Below are positions 35,820-35,947 of a DNA stretch of 35,947 bases, piece after piece. The notes below the pieces were generated by a model, which saw only the letters and a list, made by a program, of their open reading frames with translations, made no database searches and had not been told where the DNA came from. Each line of letters begins with the position of its first letter. Positions within the stretch are counted from its first letter, which is position 1. This DNA is from a candidate division WOR-3 bacterium (GTDB lineage: Bacteria; Hydrothermota; UBA3073; NMUJ01). A program made the position numbers and the translations under genes. Location of the stretch: the NCBI GenBank assembly GCA_021158725.1, contig JAGGUB010000066.1:1-35947 (forward strand), read 5' to 3'.

Positions 35820-35846
35820 AAATTACACTTGTACATGGATTGTCAA
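35820..35846 (-). promoter_or_regulatory. Putative lemA promoter TTGACA-N15-TAATTT
   Basis: The reverse complement of 35841-35846 is TTGACA and of 35820-35825 is TAATTT. Confidence 0.55.
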
Positions 35847-35947
35847 CATTCCAAAAATTTCACCATAATGCGTGCGATCTGTTCCGCATGCGTCTTTATC
35901 ATCATATGGCCTGCACCTTGGATAACCACGAGCTGCGAACGTTCCAA
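35843..35947 (-). CDS. C-terminal 34 aa of a probable alpha/beta hydrolase (partial)
   Basis: The minus frame reads LERSQLVVIQGAGHMMIKTHAEQIARIMVKFLEC*. GAGH followed by a final helix is typical of the catalytic-His region. Confidence 0.6.
   Translation of the reverse strand: MERSQLVVIQGAGHMMIKTHAEQIARIMVKFLEC

Overview
A dense, housekeeping-type chromosomal segment of a diderm bacterium. Type IX (T9SS)-like C-terminal domains, a GldF/G fusion, a DUF3098-like protein and a DRG-type GTPase suggest an FCB-superphylum or WOR-3-like candidate lineage (inference only). It holds about 31 CDS (two cut by the window edges) and two tRNA genes without encoded CCA (Leu-TAG, Glu-CTC). I saw no mobile elements, CRISPR arrays or rRNA. 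The blocks are: a heterodimeric ABC exporter; tRNA-Leu-tig-clpP; pyrC, tRNA-Glu and an OMP gene; manC-DRG GTPase; speD-speE-COG2403 (CpgS/ArcE-like)-nfi; a minus-strand operon plsY2-polyprenol/DAG kinase-gldFG-nadE-(beta-propeller + C25 peptidase)-plsY1; tonB-miaA-aroKB-DUF3098-GH18-queA; and lemA-purN-two large secreted proteins-merR. The most notable observations are: (1) an intact AroK-AroB fusion whose catalytic motifs are substituted in both domains; (2) a polyamine operon coupled to a CpgS/ArcE-family ATPase behind a structured leader; (3) recurrent TTGAC promoters with unusually short 15-16 bp spacers, several apparently leaderless; (4) enrichment of Bacteroidota-type O-glycosylation sequons in exported proteins; (5) a beta-propeller/gingipain fusion inside a lipid operon bracketed by two plsY paralogues; (6) a perfect 28-bp palindrome covering the merR ribosome-binding region. 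All calls come from motif recognition by eye; no database searches were run.
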